From contig OZ250179.1 in NCBI GenBank assembly GCA_965238125.1, positions 2,918,723-2,982,722 on the forward strand: a stretch of 64,000 nucleotides of DNA, in the 5' to 3' direction. The notes below the pieces were generated by a model that saw nothing but the letters and a program-made list of their open reading frames with translations, did not search any database and was not told where the DNA came from. Positions 48,202 to 59,483 of the stretch are shown here, piece by piece. The translations under genes and the position numbers were made by a program. The DNA comes from Bryobacterales bacterium (lineage in GTDB: Bacteria; Acidobacteriota; Terriglobia; Bryobacterales; UBA6623). Position 1 is the stretch's first letter. Each line of letters opens with the position of its first letter.

Positions 48202-50109
48202 ATGGTTATGCCGCACGAAGCCGAATACGGATTCTGGAAATCGCCGATCACCTCCGACCTGGTGGCGGGGGAATCCCTGCGTTTGGGCCAGGTCGCGCTC
48301 GCGAGTGAAGACGTCTACTGGAGCGAGGGGCGGCCGGCGGAAGACGGCCGAAGCGTCATCGTACGATTGCGCCCAGGCGGTGTCCCCGAAGACGTTCAAC
48401 CCGCTCCATTCAATGCCAGGACACGCGTTCATGAATACGGCGGCGGCGCCTTCGTCGTCGACGGTGAAACCGTCTATTTTTCGAACGACCGCGACCAGCG
48501 AATCTATCGTGTGAGTCCCACGGCCGAGCCGCAAGCCGTCACCCCGGAGGGCCCTTGGCGCTACGCCGACGCCGCTGTCGACCGAGTACGTCAGCGGCTG
48601 ATTTGCGTTCGCGAAGATCATTCCAACCCGGCCGCCGAATGCGTGAACACCCTTGTGGCGATCGACCTCGAGAAGGAGGGCGAGACGCGGGTTCTCGTCG
48701 TGGGGAATGATTTCTACTCGAACCCCGTGCTCAACCCGGCGGGGACTCAACTGGCCTGGCTCACCTGGGACCACCCCAATATGCCCTGGGACGGCACCGA
48801 GTTGTGGCTGGCGGACCTCAATGCGGACGGGCTTCCGCTCGGTCCCCGCCGCATCGCCGGCGGCCCCGAAGAATCGGTCTTTCAGCCGCAATGGTCTCCC
48901 GACGGCGATCTCTACTATGTTTCGGACCCAACAGGTTGGTGGAATCTTTATCGCCACGATCCCGCCGGCGCGCTGCCCTTGGCGTCGATGGATGCCGAGT
49001 TCGGGTCGCCGCAATGGGTGTTCGGGCAATCCATCTATGCTTTGTCCGCCACCCACGGCGTCATCTTTGCCTGCGCGCAAGCCGGAGTTTGGCGCCTCGG
49101 TCGAATGGATCTTGGGGGCGGTGCGATCGACTGGATCGAAACCCCCTACACGGAGATTTCGCAGCTCCGGGCCTGTGGCTCCACTGTCGTATTCCGGGGC
49201 GCTTCTCCTATCGAGCCGCCCTCGATTGTCGCGATTGATCTCGACACGGGGGGCAGCCGAGTTCTGAGGCGGGCTTTCGAAGTCGAGCCCGAAGCGGAAA
49301 AGCACTTCTCACCGGCACGGCCGATTGAGTTTCCCACCGCCGGCGGGCTCACAGCCCATGCGTTCTACTACGCACCTCGAAACGTCGACTACGAAGCGCC
49401 CGAGGACGAGCTGCCCCCGCTGATTGTGAAAACGCATGGCGGTCCGACCGGTGCGACGTCGAGCGAATTGTCTCTCGAATCCCAGTATTGGACCAGCCGC
49501 GGTTTCGCCGTGTTGGACGTCAACTACGGGGGCAGCACCGGTTACGGGCGGGCCTATCGCGAGAGACTCGCCGGCCGATGGGGTGTGGTCGACGTCGAGG
49601 ATTGCGTCCACGCCGCCGAGTATTGCGTCGAGCAGGGATGGTGCGACGCCGGCCGTCTGATCATCAAAGGCGGCAGCGCCGGCGGATACACGACCTTGGC
49701 CGCCCTGGCGTTTTGCGACGTGTTTCAAGCCGGAGCGAGCTATTACGGAGTGGGCGATCTCGAAGCCCTGGCTCGCGACACCCACAAATTCGAGTCACGC
49801 TACCTGGACAAGTTGATCGGACCCTATCCGGAGAGCCGTGCTCTTTACGAGGAGCGTTCGCCGATCCACGCCATCGAGAATCTGTCGGCTCCGGTCATAT
49901 TTTTCCAGGGGAGTGAAGACAAGGTCGTGCCGCTTGAACAAGCCGAGGCGATGGTTGGGGCGTTACGAGCAAAAGGTGTTCCGGCCGCTTACTTGCTTTT
50001 CGACGGCGAGCAGCATGGATTTCGCCGCGCCGAGACGGTTCGGCGCTGCCTCGACGCCGAACTGTATTTCTACGGCGTCATGCTGTTAAAAAAGGGCCTG
50101 CGGTTCTAA
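48202..50109 (+). CDS. S9-family peptidase (acylaminoacyl/dipeptidyl peptidase)
   Basis: YGFWKSPIT, HGGPT, GGSTGYGR, GGSAGG nucleophile, EDKVVP, EQHGFR. Confidence 0.93.
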   Translation: MVMPHEAEYGFWKSPITSDLVAGESLRLGQVALASEDVYWSEGRPAEDGRSVIVRLRPGGVPEDVQPAPFNARTRVHEYGGGAFVVDGETVYFSNDRDQRIYRVSPTAEPQAVTPEGPWRYADAAVDRVRQRLICVREDHSNPAAECVNTLVAIDLEKEGETRVLVVGNDFYSNPVLNPAGTQLAWLTWDHPNMPWDGTELWLADLNADGLPLGPRRIAGGPEESVFQPQWSPDGDLYYVSDPTGWWNLYRHDPAGALPLASMDAEFGSPQWVFGQSIYALSATHGVIFACAQAGVWRLGRMDLGGGAIDWIETPYTEISQLRACGSTVVFRGASPIEPPSIVAIDLDTGGSRVLRRAFEVEPEAEKHFSPARPIEFPTAGGLTAHAFYYAPRNVDYEAPEDELPPLIVKTHGGPTGATSSELSLESQYWTSRGFAVLDVNYGGSTGYGRAYRERLAGRWGVVDVEDCVHAAEYCVEQGWCDAGRLIIKGGSAGGYTTLAALAFCDVFQAGASYYGVGDLEALARDTHKFESRYLDKLIGPYPESRALYEERSPIHAIENLSAPVIFFQGSEDKVVPLEQAEAMVGALRAKGVPAAYLLFDGEQHGFRRAETVRRCLDAELYFYGVMLLKKGLRF

Positions 50110-50150
50110 GTCGTGCCGCCACGCTGAGGAAATTCCCATCGCCATTCCCC

Positions 50151-52706
50151 ATGAATGACACGGAACTCATCTCGGTTGTGATCCCTTGCTACACCAGGGG
50201 GCTTTTTGTCCACGAGACCATCGAGAGCATCCAACGTCAGACCCACCCTCACTGGGAAATCATTCTGGTCGACGACGGCGCCGAGGAGCCCGAGACCGTG
50301 GCCGCGATCGAAACTCTCGAGCGCCAAACACCACCCGGCGTGCGCATTGTCCGCGAGCCTCACCGCGGCCTTCCCCATGCCCGCAACCGAGGTTTTCACC
50401 TCGCCCGGGGACGCTACGTGATTCCTCTCGACTCCGACGATTTTCTGGAACCCGAAATGATGGAAGCGTGCCTGCGGGCCATGCGCTCCCATCCCAAGGC
50501 CGGCTTTGCGTACTTTGACTACCGCGTCTTCGGCGACAAGAATTTCATCCACCACGCCGGCGATTACAACCTCTATCGCCTGATGCACGAGAATTTTTTC
50601 TCGCATTGCTTGTTCTTGCGCCGGGAAGCCTGGCAAGACGTCGGCGGCTATGACGAGTGGCACCGTTTCTCCTACGAAGACTGGCAATTTGCTCTCCAGC
50701 TCGGCGCGCACGGGTGGTACGGGCACTACATTCCTCAGGTCCTTTTCAACTACCGCACCCACGGCCGCGGGCACCACTACATCGGGATCGAGAATCACGA
50801 CAAGAACTGGGCGCACATGACGGCCGGCCATCCGTCCCTGTTCTCTCCCCGAGGCCGCTTGAACGTGAAAAGGCGATGGGCCCCTTCGATCTGTTTTGTC
50901 GTCCGCAGCGGCGAGCCCGACTTTGAGAACCAAACCGTTCAGGACCACCAAGTCCTTGTCGGCGTCGACGAGGCGACGGCTCTGGAACAGTCGAACGCGC
51001 CCTGCTTTCTGTGGATGAGCGACGCGCGCACGCTGCAACCCTACGCCGCCGAACAGTGCATCTGGGGTCTGCGTTCCGCTTCCTGGGTCACATGGAGCGA
51101 TACCGGCGAAGCTCCTCGTCCGTCGTTGCGGAACGCCGCGGGCCCGCTCGGTCTCAGCCGCGAAGTGCTCGAACAACCTGAAGACCGGCGCTCGGGAAAG
51201 GTCTGCCGGTTGCCATGGCGGTGCCGCCGGCCGGCGGCACCGCCCGACACGCGCAGTTCGCAATCACCCCGCCGGCCGAGTCCGTCGCCCTCGAACCAAA
51301 GCACCCCGGTACCGATGCCGACCGCTTCTAACCGCCGCACCGAGCCTTCGACGCATTGGGTCGCCACGATTCGCCGGCACCTGGAAAACGCCGAGCTTCT
51401 TTCCGCCGATACCTGGCGAAACGAGCCCTTGGCGGCGGCTGGCAGACTGGTTCCCTTGCGCCTGAAAGAGAAGGTCAATGCGGTGGCGGGCCGCCCGATT
51501 TTTGACCTGAGCTTCTACTTGAGATTTCAGCCGCGCTCGGTGCTGATCGAAGGGGGCCTCGTCGAAAGAATCGACTACATCCCACCCCGGAAACCCGAGG
51601 GGAAACGCCGTCTTGCCCTCTGCACGCCCAGTCTGGGAGCGGGCGGCGCCGAGAGTGTCTTGTTGGAGTTGGCCGGCCGAATCGATCGCTCTCGTTTCGA
51701 AGTCTTCCTGCTCGCCACCGACCGGCAAGACTCCCGCCTTAGATCACGATGGGAAGACCTGGTCGACCATGTCTATGACCTGGCCCCGATGGTCGATGTT
51801 TCCTGGGTGCCCCATTTCGTCTACAGCGCCGCGCTCAATTGGGAATTCGATGTCCTCGTCGTCCAGAACTCGCTGAGCGTCTACACCGCTCTGCCTGCCA
51901 TCAAGGAAAAGCGACCCGAAATCAAAACGGTTGATATTCTTCACGCCGTGGATGACGACTGGGACCTATTCTCCGCGACTCTTGATGTAGCGGACAACCT
52001 CGACCGTCGCCTTGTAATCTCCGAGGCGGGTCGCACCCGCCTTTTCGAGATGGATACGCCGGAGGAAAAGATCCGCCTCATTCGCAACGGCATCGACGTG
52101 GCGCGGTTCAATGCTTCCCGCTATCCCGGCGATGGGCTTCATCGCGAGCTCGGTCTGCCGCCGGGCACGCGGATTCTGCTGTATGCCGGCGCGCTCTATG
52201 AAAGCAAGCGGCCTCTGTTGCTGCCTGACATTGCGAGGGAGCTTCTCCGCCTGCGCCCGGGTGCTGATTTTCACTTCGTCGTCGCCGGCGCCGGTCCGGA
52301 GGAACCGCGCCTGCGAGCGAAACTTGAACGCATGGGGCTGAGCCGCCGCTTTTCTCTGATCGGTCGACGCGACCGCGTGCCGGAACTGCTGACTTCGGCA
52401 GCGCTCACTTTGGCGCCTTCCCAGACCGAGGGCGTTCCCCTGATCGTGCTCGAATCGCTCGCCATGGAAACGCCCGTCGTCGCCTCCCACGTCGGTGCGA
52501 TCGAAGAGGCTCTGCCGCCCGAGTGTGGAATCCTCGTCGAGCTTGGCAGCGAGGAAGAAGTCCGCTTCGCCCGCGCCATCGACGAATTGCTCGCTGACGA
52601 ACAACGCCGTCGCGACTTAGGTCGAGCCGGCCGGAAACTAGTCACCCGCGACTACACCCTCGACCGCGCCCGCCGCCAATACACCGAACTGCTGAACGAA
52701 CTGTAA
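50151..52706 (+). CDS. Glycosyltransferase, GT2 + GT4 (GT-A/GT-B) fusion
   Basis: N-terminal ISVVIPCY..VDDG..PLDSDD; C-terminal GGAE, IRNGID, PSQTEGVPLIVLESLAME. Confidence 0.9.
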   Translation: MNDTELISVVIPCYTRGLFVHETIESIQRQTHPHWEIILVDDGAEEPETVAAIETLERQTPPGVRIVREPHRGLPHARNRGFHLARGRYVIPLDSDDFLEPEMMEACLRAMRSHPKAGFAYFDYRVFGDKNFIHHAGDYNLYRLMHENFFSHCLFLRREAWQDVGGYDEWHRFSYEDWQFALQLGAHGWYGHYIPQVLFNYRTHGRGHHYIGIENHDKNWAHMTAGHPSLFSPRGRLNVKRRWAPSICFVVRSGEPDFENQTVQDHQVLVGVDEATALEQSNAPCFLWMSDARTLQPYAAEQCIWGLRSASWVTWSDTGEAPRPSLRNAAGPLGLSREVLEQPEDRRSGKVCRLPWRCRRPAAPPDTRSSQSPRRPSPSPSNQSTPVPMPTASNRRTEPSTHWVATIRRHLENAELLSADTWRNEPLAAAGRLVPLRLKEKVNAVAGRPIFDLSFYLRFQPRSVLIEGGLVERIDYIPPRKPEGKRRLALCTPSLGAGGAESVLLELAGRIDRSRFEVFLLATDRQDSRLRSRWEDLVDHVYDLAPMVDVSWVPHFVYSAALNWEFDVLVVQNSLSVYTALPAIKEKRPEIKTVDILHAVDDDWDLFSATLDVADNLDRRLVISEAGRTRLFEMDTPEEKIRLIRNGIDVARFNASRYPGDGLHRELGLPPGTRILLYAGALYESKRPLLLPDIARELLRLRPGADFHFVVAGAGPEEPRLRAKLERMGLSRRFSLIGRRDRVPELLTSAALTLAPSQTEGVPLIVLESLAMETPVVASHVGAIEEALPPECGILVELGSEEEVRFARAIDELLADEQRRRDLGRAGRKLVTRDYTLDRARRQYTELLNEL

Positions 52707-52753
52707 ACAGACGCGGTCGGCCGGCGGCGGCCGGCGCGTGGGCATGCCGGCAA

Positions 52754-55324
52754 ATGCGGACTAAAATAGAGTCAATGTCGATCCTTGTTCTTCTCGCTGT
52801 CGCCGCCTTCCATCTCGTCGCGCGACCCGCTCCCGCCGTCGACTTTCGCCGCGACATCGAGCCGATTTTCCACCAGCGTTGCTACGCTTGCCACGGCTCC
52901 GCGCAGCAGATGAGCGGTTTGCGCCTCGACCGCGAAGACGCCGCCATGAAGGGCCGCTACTCCGAGGCCGCGATCCTCCCCGGCAACAGCGGCGAGAGCC
53001 AATTGATCGCCCGCCTCACGAGCGACAAAGAGGGTTTCCGGATGCCCCCGGCCGGCGCTCCACTGACGCCCGCCGAGATCGGCCTTTTGCGGGCATGGAT
53101 CGACGCCGGGGCCGAATGGCCCGAGGCGCAAGCTCCCGCCGCGGTTTCCTCCGACGAGGGAGCGGGGCACTGGTCGTTTCAGCCGATTGCGAGATCGCCC
53201 TTGCCCCGGGTTTCCAACCCCGCTTGGTCTCGAAATCCCATCGATCGCTTTACGCTCGCCCGCCTCGACCGGGAAAACATCGAACCTTCGCCCCAACCCG
53301 AAAAGATCACGCTTCTTCGCCGCGTCTATTTCGACCTGATCGGCTTGCCGCCCACGCCCGCTCAAGTGGCGGCGTTCGTGAACGACGTCGATCCTCGGGC
53401 CTTTGAAAAAGTTGTCGATGAACTTCTTCGCTCGCCGCATTACGGCGAAAAATGGGCAATGCATTGGCTCGACGCCGCCCGCTATGCCGACAGCGACGGC
53501 TATGAGCGCGACCCGCCGCGGCCGTATGCGTGGCGCTGGCGGCAATGGGTCATTGAAGCCATCAACCGCGACATGCCCTTTGATCAGTTCACCATTGAGC
53601 AGATCGCCGGCGACTTGCTCCCGCGCGCCTCGAGGTCCCAGCGCGTCGCAACCGGCTTTTTGCGCAACGGCACGAAGAACCGCGAAGCGGGCGTCCAGAG
53701 CGCCGAAAAGCGGTTCGAGGAAACGATTGACCGCATCAGTACGATCGGAACCGTATGGCTGGGGTTGACGGTCGGTTGCGCGCAGTGCCACGACCACAAA
53801 TACGACGCGTTGTCGCAGCGCGAGTTCTACCAACTCTTCGCTTTCTTCAACAACACCGTCGAACGCGACATCGAAGCTCCGCTGCCCGGCGAGTCAGGTC
53901 CGCTGCTGCGCGAGCTGCCGGCTTACTATGCCGAGCGCCGCAAGATTCTCGATGACAATTCCGTTCCCCAACTACAGGCCGCCTGGCGCGAGCGCATGAT
54001 CGAGGCGATGGAAAACCCCGGCGTTAACACCGACTGGGACTTCTATCTCACCGAATGGCGTGCCGCCAATGACCGTGCTGACTGGCTGATGCGGACCGAC
54101 GCCGATGAGCTGACTCAACTCGAGCGCGACAAGGTCACCGACTGGTTTCTTAGATTAAAGGGCCCGGCAATTCTCAAGGACGAGGAACTCAAGCAGCGCC
54201 TCGACGAAGTTCGCGAGCAACTAACCCAACTGGCCGCCGAACTGCCGACCCGCACGCGCGCCTATACGATGATCGAGCGTTCCGAACCCGTCGCCGCCCA
54301 CATCGCTCTGCGCGGCGACTATCGCGCCCCGGGCGTCGCCGTGGACCCAGGCACGCCGGCCGTATTGCCGCCAGTTAAAGACGCATCCGAGCATCCCCGT
54401 CTTCAATTGGCCCGGTGGCTCGTCTCGAGGGAAAATCCGCTCACCGCCCGCGTGAACGTCAATCGCATGTGGCAAGAGTTCTTCGGACGCGGCCTGGTGC
54501 GCACGGTCGGCGATTTTGGCACGCAAGGGGAGGCCCCGTCGCATCCGCGACTGCTCGATTGGCTGGCCGACGAGTTCCAATCCGCGGGTTGGAGCCGCAA
54601 GCGACTCCATCGTCTGATTGTGACTTCGGCGACCTACCGGCAGTCCTCGCACGCCCGGCCCGACTTATCCGAACGTGATCCCGAGAACAAACTGCTCGCC
54701 CGCCAAAACCGCCTTCGTCTGCCCGCCGAGTTGCTGCGCGACAACGCCCTCGCCGTCAGCGGCCTGCTCTATCCCAAAATCGGGGGGCCGAGCGTCTTTC
54801 CGCCGCAGCCGCCCGGCGTCGCCGAAATCGGTTATGCAAAGAAGGAGTGGAAGACCGACCTGGGGCCGGAACGCTACCGCCGAGGGCTCTATATTCATTT
54901 CCAACGCACCGCGCCCTATCCGATGCTGGTGAATTTTGACGCGCCCGATACGCTGACCACCGCGCCGCGCCGCGAACGCTCGAACACGGCCTTGCAGGCG
55001 CTCAATCAGCTCAATGACGCCGTACTGCTCGAAGCCGCGCAGGCCCTGGCGGTCCGCGTGCTGACCGAGGCGCCGAGCGACGGCTTCGCCGGCCGGCTCG
55101 ATTACGCCTATCGACTCTGCCTGAGCCGATCGCCCGAGCCGCGCGAAAAGGATCGCCTGACGACGTTTTGGAAAAGCCGCGAACGGGCCTTCGCCGAGAA
55201 TCCCGAAAGCGCGCGGCAACTGGTCTCATTCGTTCCGCCCGACGCCGCGCCTGAAGAAACCGCCGCTTGGGTCAGCCTGGCGCGAGCTTTGCTGAATCTC
55301 GATGAATTCATCACTCGTGAATGA
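52754..55324 (+). CDS. PSD1 and planctomycete cytochrome c domain protein (PSCyt1, DUF1549, DUF1553)
   Basis: CYACH and CAQCHDHK heme motifs, [39 protein letters not shown]. Confidence 0.93.
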   Translation: MRTKIESMSILVLLAVAAFHLVARPAPAVDFRRDIEPIFHQRCYACHGSAQQMSGLRLDREDAAMKGRYSEAAILPGNSGESQLIARLTSDKEGFRMPPAGAPLTPAEIGLLRAWIDAGAEWPEAQAPAAVSSDEGAGHWSFQPIARSPLPRVSNPAWSRNPIDRFTLARLDRENIEPSPQPEKITLLRRVYFDLIGLPPTPAQVAAFVNDVDPRAFEKVVDELLRSPHYGEKWAMHWLDAARYADSDGYERDPPRPYAWRWRQWVIEAINRDMPFDQFTIEQIAGDLLPRASRSQRVATGFLRNGTKNREAGVQSAEKRFEETIDRISTIGTVWLGLTVGCAQCHDHKYDALSQREFYQLFAFFNNTVERDIEAPLPGESGPLLRELPAYYAERRKILDDNSVPQLQAAWRERMIEAMENPGVNTDWDFYLTEWRAANDRADWLMRTDADELTQLERDKVTDWFLRLKGPAILKDEELKQRLDEVREQLTQLAAELPTRTRAYTMIERSEPVAAHIALRGDYRAPGVAVDPGTPAVLPPVKDASEHPRLQLARWLVSRENPLTARVNVNRMWQEFFGRGLVRTVGDFGTQGEAPSHPRLLDWLADEFQSAGWSRKRLHRLIVTSATYRQSSHARPDLSERDPENKLLARQNRLRLPAELLRDNALAVSGLLYPKIGGPSVFPPQPPGVAEIGYAKKEWKTDLGPERYRRGLYIHFQRTAPYPMLVNFDAPDTLTTAPRRERSNTALQALNQLNDAVLLEAAQALAVRVLTEAPSDGFAGRLDYAYRLCLSRSPEPREKDRLTTFWKSRERAFAENPESARQLVSFVPPDAAPEETAAWVSLARALLNLDEFITRE

Positions 55325-55408
55325 AGCAGGAGGAAGAATTCGCGCCGGCCGCGAAGTGGGGCAGGTCTCCAGGCCTGCCCATCCACGCGCACTGAGAGAG
55401 CACCCATT

Positions 55409-56860
55409 ATGACCCGCCTCCAATTCAACCAAATCCAGTCCCGGCGTGATTTTCTCCGAAACAGCGCCAACGGCATTGGTACCCTGGCTCTCGCCGACCT
55501 GCTGGCCTCGGAAGGCCTCACCGCGGCCGCCGGCGACTCCCCCGCCGCCGGCCCGCTCGCCCCGCGCCAACCGCACTTCCCCGCCAAGGCCAAGAGCGTC
55601 ATCTACATGTTCATGGAAGGCGGTCCCAGCCAATATGAGCTGTTCGACCCCAAGCCCGGCCTCGAGGAATACGACGGCCAATCGCTCCCTGAGTCGCTCA
55701 CCAAAGATCTCAAGCTGGCCTTCATCAAACCGACCGCCAAAGTCATGGCGAGCCCCTTCGGCTTTCAGCGCCACGGCGAATCGGGAATGGAACTTTCCGA
55801 GCTGCTGCCCCATCTCGGTTCGGTCGCCGACGACATCACGCTCGTCCGCTCCATGCACACCGATGCCTTCAACCACCACCCCGGCCAATTGCTGCTGTTC
55901 ACCGGCAGCATCCAATTCGGACGCCCGACCATGGGGGCGTGGACGATCTACGGGCTGGGCAGCGAGTCCCGCAACCTGCCGGGCTTCGTCGTGCTTTCAT
56001 CGGGGAAGGGAACCAGCGGCGGGACCACGAACTTTTCGAGCGGTTTTCTGCCCTCCCACTATCAGGGCACCGTTTTTCGCAACCAGGGCGACCCGATTCT
56101 CTACCTCTCGAATCCGCCCGGCGTTACGCGCAACGATCAACGCGAAACCCTCGACTTGATCCGCGACCTCAACACCGAGCGCTACGAGAAAACGGGAGAC
56201 CGTGAAATCGCCTCCCGCATCGCCTCCTACGAGCTGGCCTTTCGGATGCAAACCGAAGGCCCCGATCTGATGGATTTCTCCGACGAGTCCGAAGACACGC
56301 TGGCGATGTACGGCATCCACTCCGGCAATGAACACCGCCGCCAATACGCAACGAACTGCCTTCTCGCCCGCCGCATGGTCGAGCGCGGCGTCCGCTTCGT
56401 TCTCATGATGGACGCCAGTTGGGACGACCACACCTACCTGAAGCGCAATCTTCCCAAACGCGTCGAGGAAATCGACCAACCCACGGCGGCGCTGATCAAG
56501 GACCTCAAACAACGTGGCCTGCTCGACGAAACGCTCGTCGTGTGGGGCGGGGAATTCGGGCGCACTCCGATGGTCGAAATCCGTAAGCCCGAGGAAGCCG
56601 CCAATGCCGGCCGCGATCACCACCCGCACGCCTTCAGCATGTGGATGGCGGGGGGAGGTATCAAGGGCGGCCACGTCCACGGGAAAACCGACGACCTGTG
56701 CCTGCACGTGACCGAAGACCCCGTTCACGTCCACGACCTACAAGCGACGATGTTGCACTGCCTCGGCTTCGACCACGAAAAACTGACCTATCGCTACCTC
56801 GGCCGTGACTTCCGTCTCACCGACGTTGCCGGCAAAGTCGTCGAACCAATCCTGGCGTAA
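55409..56860 (+). CDS. DUF1501 domain-containing protein (Tat signal)
   Basis: SRRDFL, PHFPAKAKSVIYMFMEGGPSQ, ARRMVERGVRFV, WDDH, GEFGRTP, GRDHHP. Confidence 0.93.
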   Translation: MTRLQFNQIQSRRDFLRNSANGIGTLALADLLASEGLTAAAGDSPAAGPLAPRQPHFPAKAKSVIYMFMEGGPSQYELFDPKPGLEEYDGQSLPESLTKDLKLAFIKPTAKVMASPFGFQRHGESGMELSELLPHLGSVADDITLVRSMHTDAFNHHPGQLLLFTGSIQFGRPTMGAWTIYGLGSESRNLPGFVVLSSGKGTSGGTTNFSSGFLPSHYQGTVFRNQGDPILYLSNPPGVTRNDQRETLDLIRDLNTERYEKTGDREIASRIASYELAFRMQTEGPDLMDFSDESEDTLAMYGIHSGNEHRRQYATNCLLARRMVERGVRFVLMMDASWDDHTYLKRNLPKRVEEIDQPTAALIKDLKQRGLLDETLVVWGGEFGRTPMVEIRKPEEAANAGRDHHPHAFSMWMAGGGIKGGHVHGKTDDLCLHVTEDPVHVHDLQATMLHCLGFDHEKLTYRYLGRDFRLTDVAGKVVEPILA

Positions 56861-57087
56861 GCTCAGCCCGAACGAATCGAGTTGTACGGCAAGCGACGTG
56901 GCGCACGTCACCAGTGTCGGCATTCGTGCCGACATGTCTTCCTCATCCACCCGGCTCGCCAATTTGACCCCCGTTCAGCCATCCGATATTCTCAAAGATG
57001 CTCTCGGGGCCGGTCTTGCCGGGGTCGACGAGCCACACCACCCCGAGGCCGCCACGACATTCTGAAGCCCGGCCTGCGACGCGCTCC

Positions 57088-58095
57088 ATGCATGTGTTCG
57101 AACTCACGCGGGCGCTGATCGATATCGATTCGGTCACGCCCAACGAAGGCCCGATAGGCGACTTTCTCTACGAATACGTGCGCCCGCTCGCCGAAAAATA
57201 CGACGGCCAAATCGAAAGAATGCCCGTCGCCGAAGGCCGCAACAACGTCTACGCGAGGTGGGGCAAGCCCGAAATCGTCTTCTCGACGCACATGGATACG
57301 GTGCCGCCGTTCATCCCGTCGAGTGAAGACGCCGAAGACATTTGGGGCCGCGGGGCTTCCGACACACATGGCATCGCCGCTTCGATGCTCAAGGCCGTCG
57401 AAGCCTTGCTGGCCGCGGGCGAACGCGACCTCGCCGTGCTCTTTGTCGTCGGCGAGGAAGTCGACGGCATCGGCGCGGAGACGGCCAATGAGAATCCGCC
57501 CGACGTTCGTTATCTCATCAACGGCGAACCGACTGAAAATCGGCTCGGGCTCGGAACCAAGGGCGCGCTGCGCATCGAGCTCGAAGCCGAAGGCAAGGCG
57601 GCGCACTCGGCCTACGTCGAGCTGGGCGAATCGGCGATCGAGAAGCTGCTCGACAATCTCGAATCGCTCCGAAAAATCGAGTGGCCCGTCGATGAAATCC
57701 TGGGGTCGAGCACGCTCAATATCGGGACGATCTCAGGCGGCGAGGCGGCCAACGTGATCCCGGATCGCGCCGCGGCGTCGATCGTCATTCGCGTCGTCTC
57801 CGACCTTGAAGAGCTGAAGAAGCTCGCTCTTTCGGCTTTCGACGGCCGCGTTCGAGCCGTCATCGGTTCCGAATGCCCGGCGGTCCATTTGAAATCCCTG
57901 CCGGGTTTCGAAACCTCGATCGTCAAATACGCGACCGACATTCCGAAGCTGAGCAACTGGGGCCGGCCCCTGTTGATCGGCCCGGGAACGATCCACGTCG
58001 CCCATACGCTGGAAGAGCGCGTCCCCAAGAAACAACTGCTCGAAGCGGTTGACCTCTACCGCAAGCTGTTCAAACAGCTGCGAACGACGACGTAG
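57088..58095 (+). CDS. M20-family peptidase (ArgE/DapE-like)
   Basis: STHMDTVP, GRGASD, GEE, NGEP, GKAAHS, NVIP, GPG..AH. Confidence 0.9.
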   Translation: MHVFELTRALIDIDSVTPNEGPIGDFLYEYVRPLAEKYDGQIERMPVAEGRNNVYARWGKPEIVFSTHMDTVPPFIPSSEDAEDIWGRGASDTHGIAASMLKAVEALLAAGERDLAVLFVVGEEVDGIGAETANENPPDVRYLINGEPTENRLGLGTKGALRIELEAEGKAAHSAYVELGESAIEKLLDNLESLRKIEWPVDEILGSSTLNIGTISGGEAANVIPDRAAASIVIRVVSDLEELKKLALSAFDGRVRAVIGSECPAVHLKSLPGFETSIVKYATDIPKLSNWGRPLLIGPGTIHVAHTLEERVPKKQLLEAVDLYRKLFKQLRTTT

Positions 58096-58143
58096 GGACG
58101 ACCCCGTCCCCTGTCTCCCCGAATCGAAGGAAGGTTTTGTGCC

Positions 58144-59193
58144 ATGGAAAACAAGATTGAAGTCGGCGTACTCGGCGCGACCGGAATGGTCGGCCAACAG
58201 TTCATCAATCAATTGCAGGGCCACCCGTGGTTCGAGCTGACGTGGCTCGGCGCGAGCGAACGTAGCGCGGGCAAACTCTATCGCGAAGCCGCAAACTGGA
58301 CGCTCGACGGCGATATCCCCGCCTCGGTCGCGGACCAAATTGTGCAGGCATCCACGCCCGGCGACTCCCCTAAGTTGATGTTCTCAGCCATGGATGCCGG
58401 CGTCGCCGGTCCCATCGAGCAGGCTTTCGCCGGTGCCGGCTGCCTGATTGTCTCGAACTCGCGCAATCACCGCATGGACGCCGACGTGCCACTGCTGATC
58501 CCTGAAATCAACGCCGATCATCTCGGTCTGATTCCGATCCAGCGCAAGAATCGCGGCTGGTCGGGCGCGATCGTGACCAATCCCAACTGCTCGACCATCG
58601 CGATGACGATGGGCCTGGCGCCGCTGAAGCCCTTCGGGATCACGAAGATTCTTGCCGCCACGATGCAGGCGATTTCCGGGGCCGGCTACCCCGGCATGCC
58701 CTCGATGGACATCGTCGGCAACGTCGTCCCCTACGTCGGCGGCGAGGAGCCCAAGATGGAAAGCGAGACGAAGAAGATCCTGGGCAATTTCAGCGGCGAG
58801 GGCGTCGCCAACCTCGCGGCCGCCGTCAGCGCCCATTGTAATCGCGTCGGCGTCGTCTACGGCCATACCGTGGCGGTGTCGGTTTCGCTCGATCAGAGCC
58901 CGTCGATCGAGGAGTTAAAGGAAGCCTTCGCGTCGTTTCGCGGCGTGCCGCAGCAGAAGGACTTGCCGAGTGCGCCCAAGCAGCCCGTGCATGTGATGGC
59001 CGCCGACAACCGGCCGCAACCGAGGAAAGACGCGTTGATCGAGGGCGGCATGGCCGTCTGCGTCGGCCGCGTCCGCGAGTGCCCGGTGCTGGACTACAAG
59101 TTTGTCGTCCTCGCCCACAACACCATCCGAGGGGCCGCCGGAGGCGCCGTCCTCAACGCCGAGCTGCTAAAGAGCGAAGGCTTGCTTGACTGA
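58144..59193 (+). CDS. asd: Aspartate-semialdehyde dehydrogenase
   Basis: GVLGATGMVGQ, PLLIPEIN, NPNCST, QAISGAG, CNRV, HNTIRGAAG. Confidence 0.96.
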   Translation: MENKIEVGVLGATGMVGQQFINQLQGHPWFELTWLGASERSAGKLYREAANWTLDGDIPASVADQIVQASTPGDSPKLMFSAMDAGVAGPIEQAFAGAGCLIVSNSRNHRMDADVPLLIPEINADHLGLIPIQRKNRGWSGAIVTNPNCSTIAMTMGLAPLKPFGITKILAATMQAISGAGYPGMPSMDIVGNVVPYVGGEEPKMESETKKILGNFSGEGVANLAAAVSAHCNRVGVVYGHTVAVSVSLDQSPSIEELKEAFASFRGVPQQKDLPSAPKQPVHVMAADNRPQPRKDALIEGGMAVCVGRVRECPVLDYKFVVLAHNTIRGAAGGAVLNAELLKSEGLLD

Positions 59194-59286
59194 CCAAACC
59201 GAGCCGCGCGCGTTAGCAAGCGGTATGCGACAAAGCCACTCAACCCGAAAGAGAGCGGCGAAACCGCGCTGCCCGGGAGAGAGAGC

Positions 59287-59310
59287 GTAGCGCAAGCCTC
59301 TCGCTTGCGC
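59287..59310 (+). repeat. REP-like palindrome GTAGCGCAAGC-CTCTC-GCTTGCGC
   Basis: GTAG with an 8-bp perfect stem. Confidence 0.6.
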
Positions 59311-59483
59311 CCTTTCTCGCAACCGGCTCGACTTGAACATTGGCCCAGGGTGGAGCAAAGCGACACCCAGAGTACATACCGGCACCTTGGACACCACAAG
59401 CAAGATGGGAGCCCGTTTCACCGGGCTCCCTCAAGACAGGCCGGCATCGTGCGCTTTGCCGGTCAGGCGATGAGAAATGCGGT

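Noticed and set aside
32094-50109. S9 prolyl oligopeptidases as maturases of the Cys/Pro peptide
   Set aside because: They lie 20-37 kb away among housekeeping genes and look like ordinary POP/AAP enzymes; nothing links them to the cassette.
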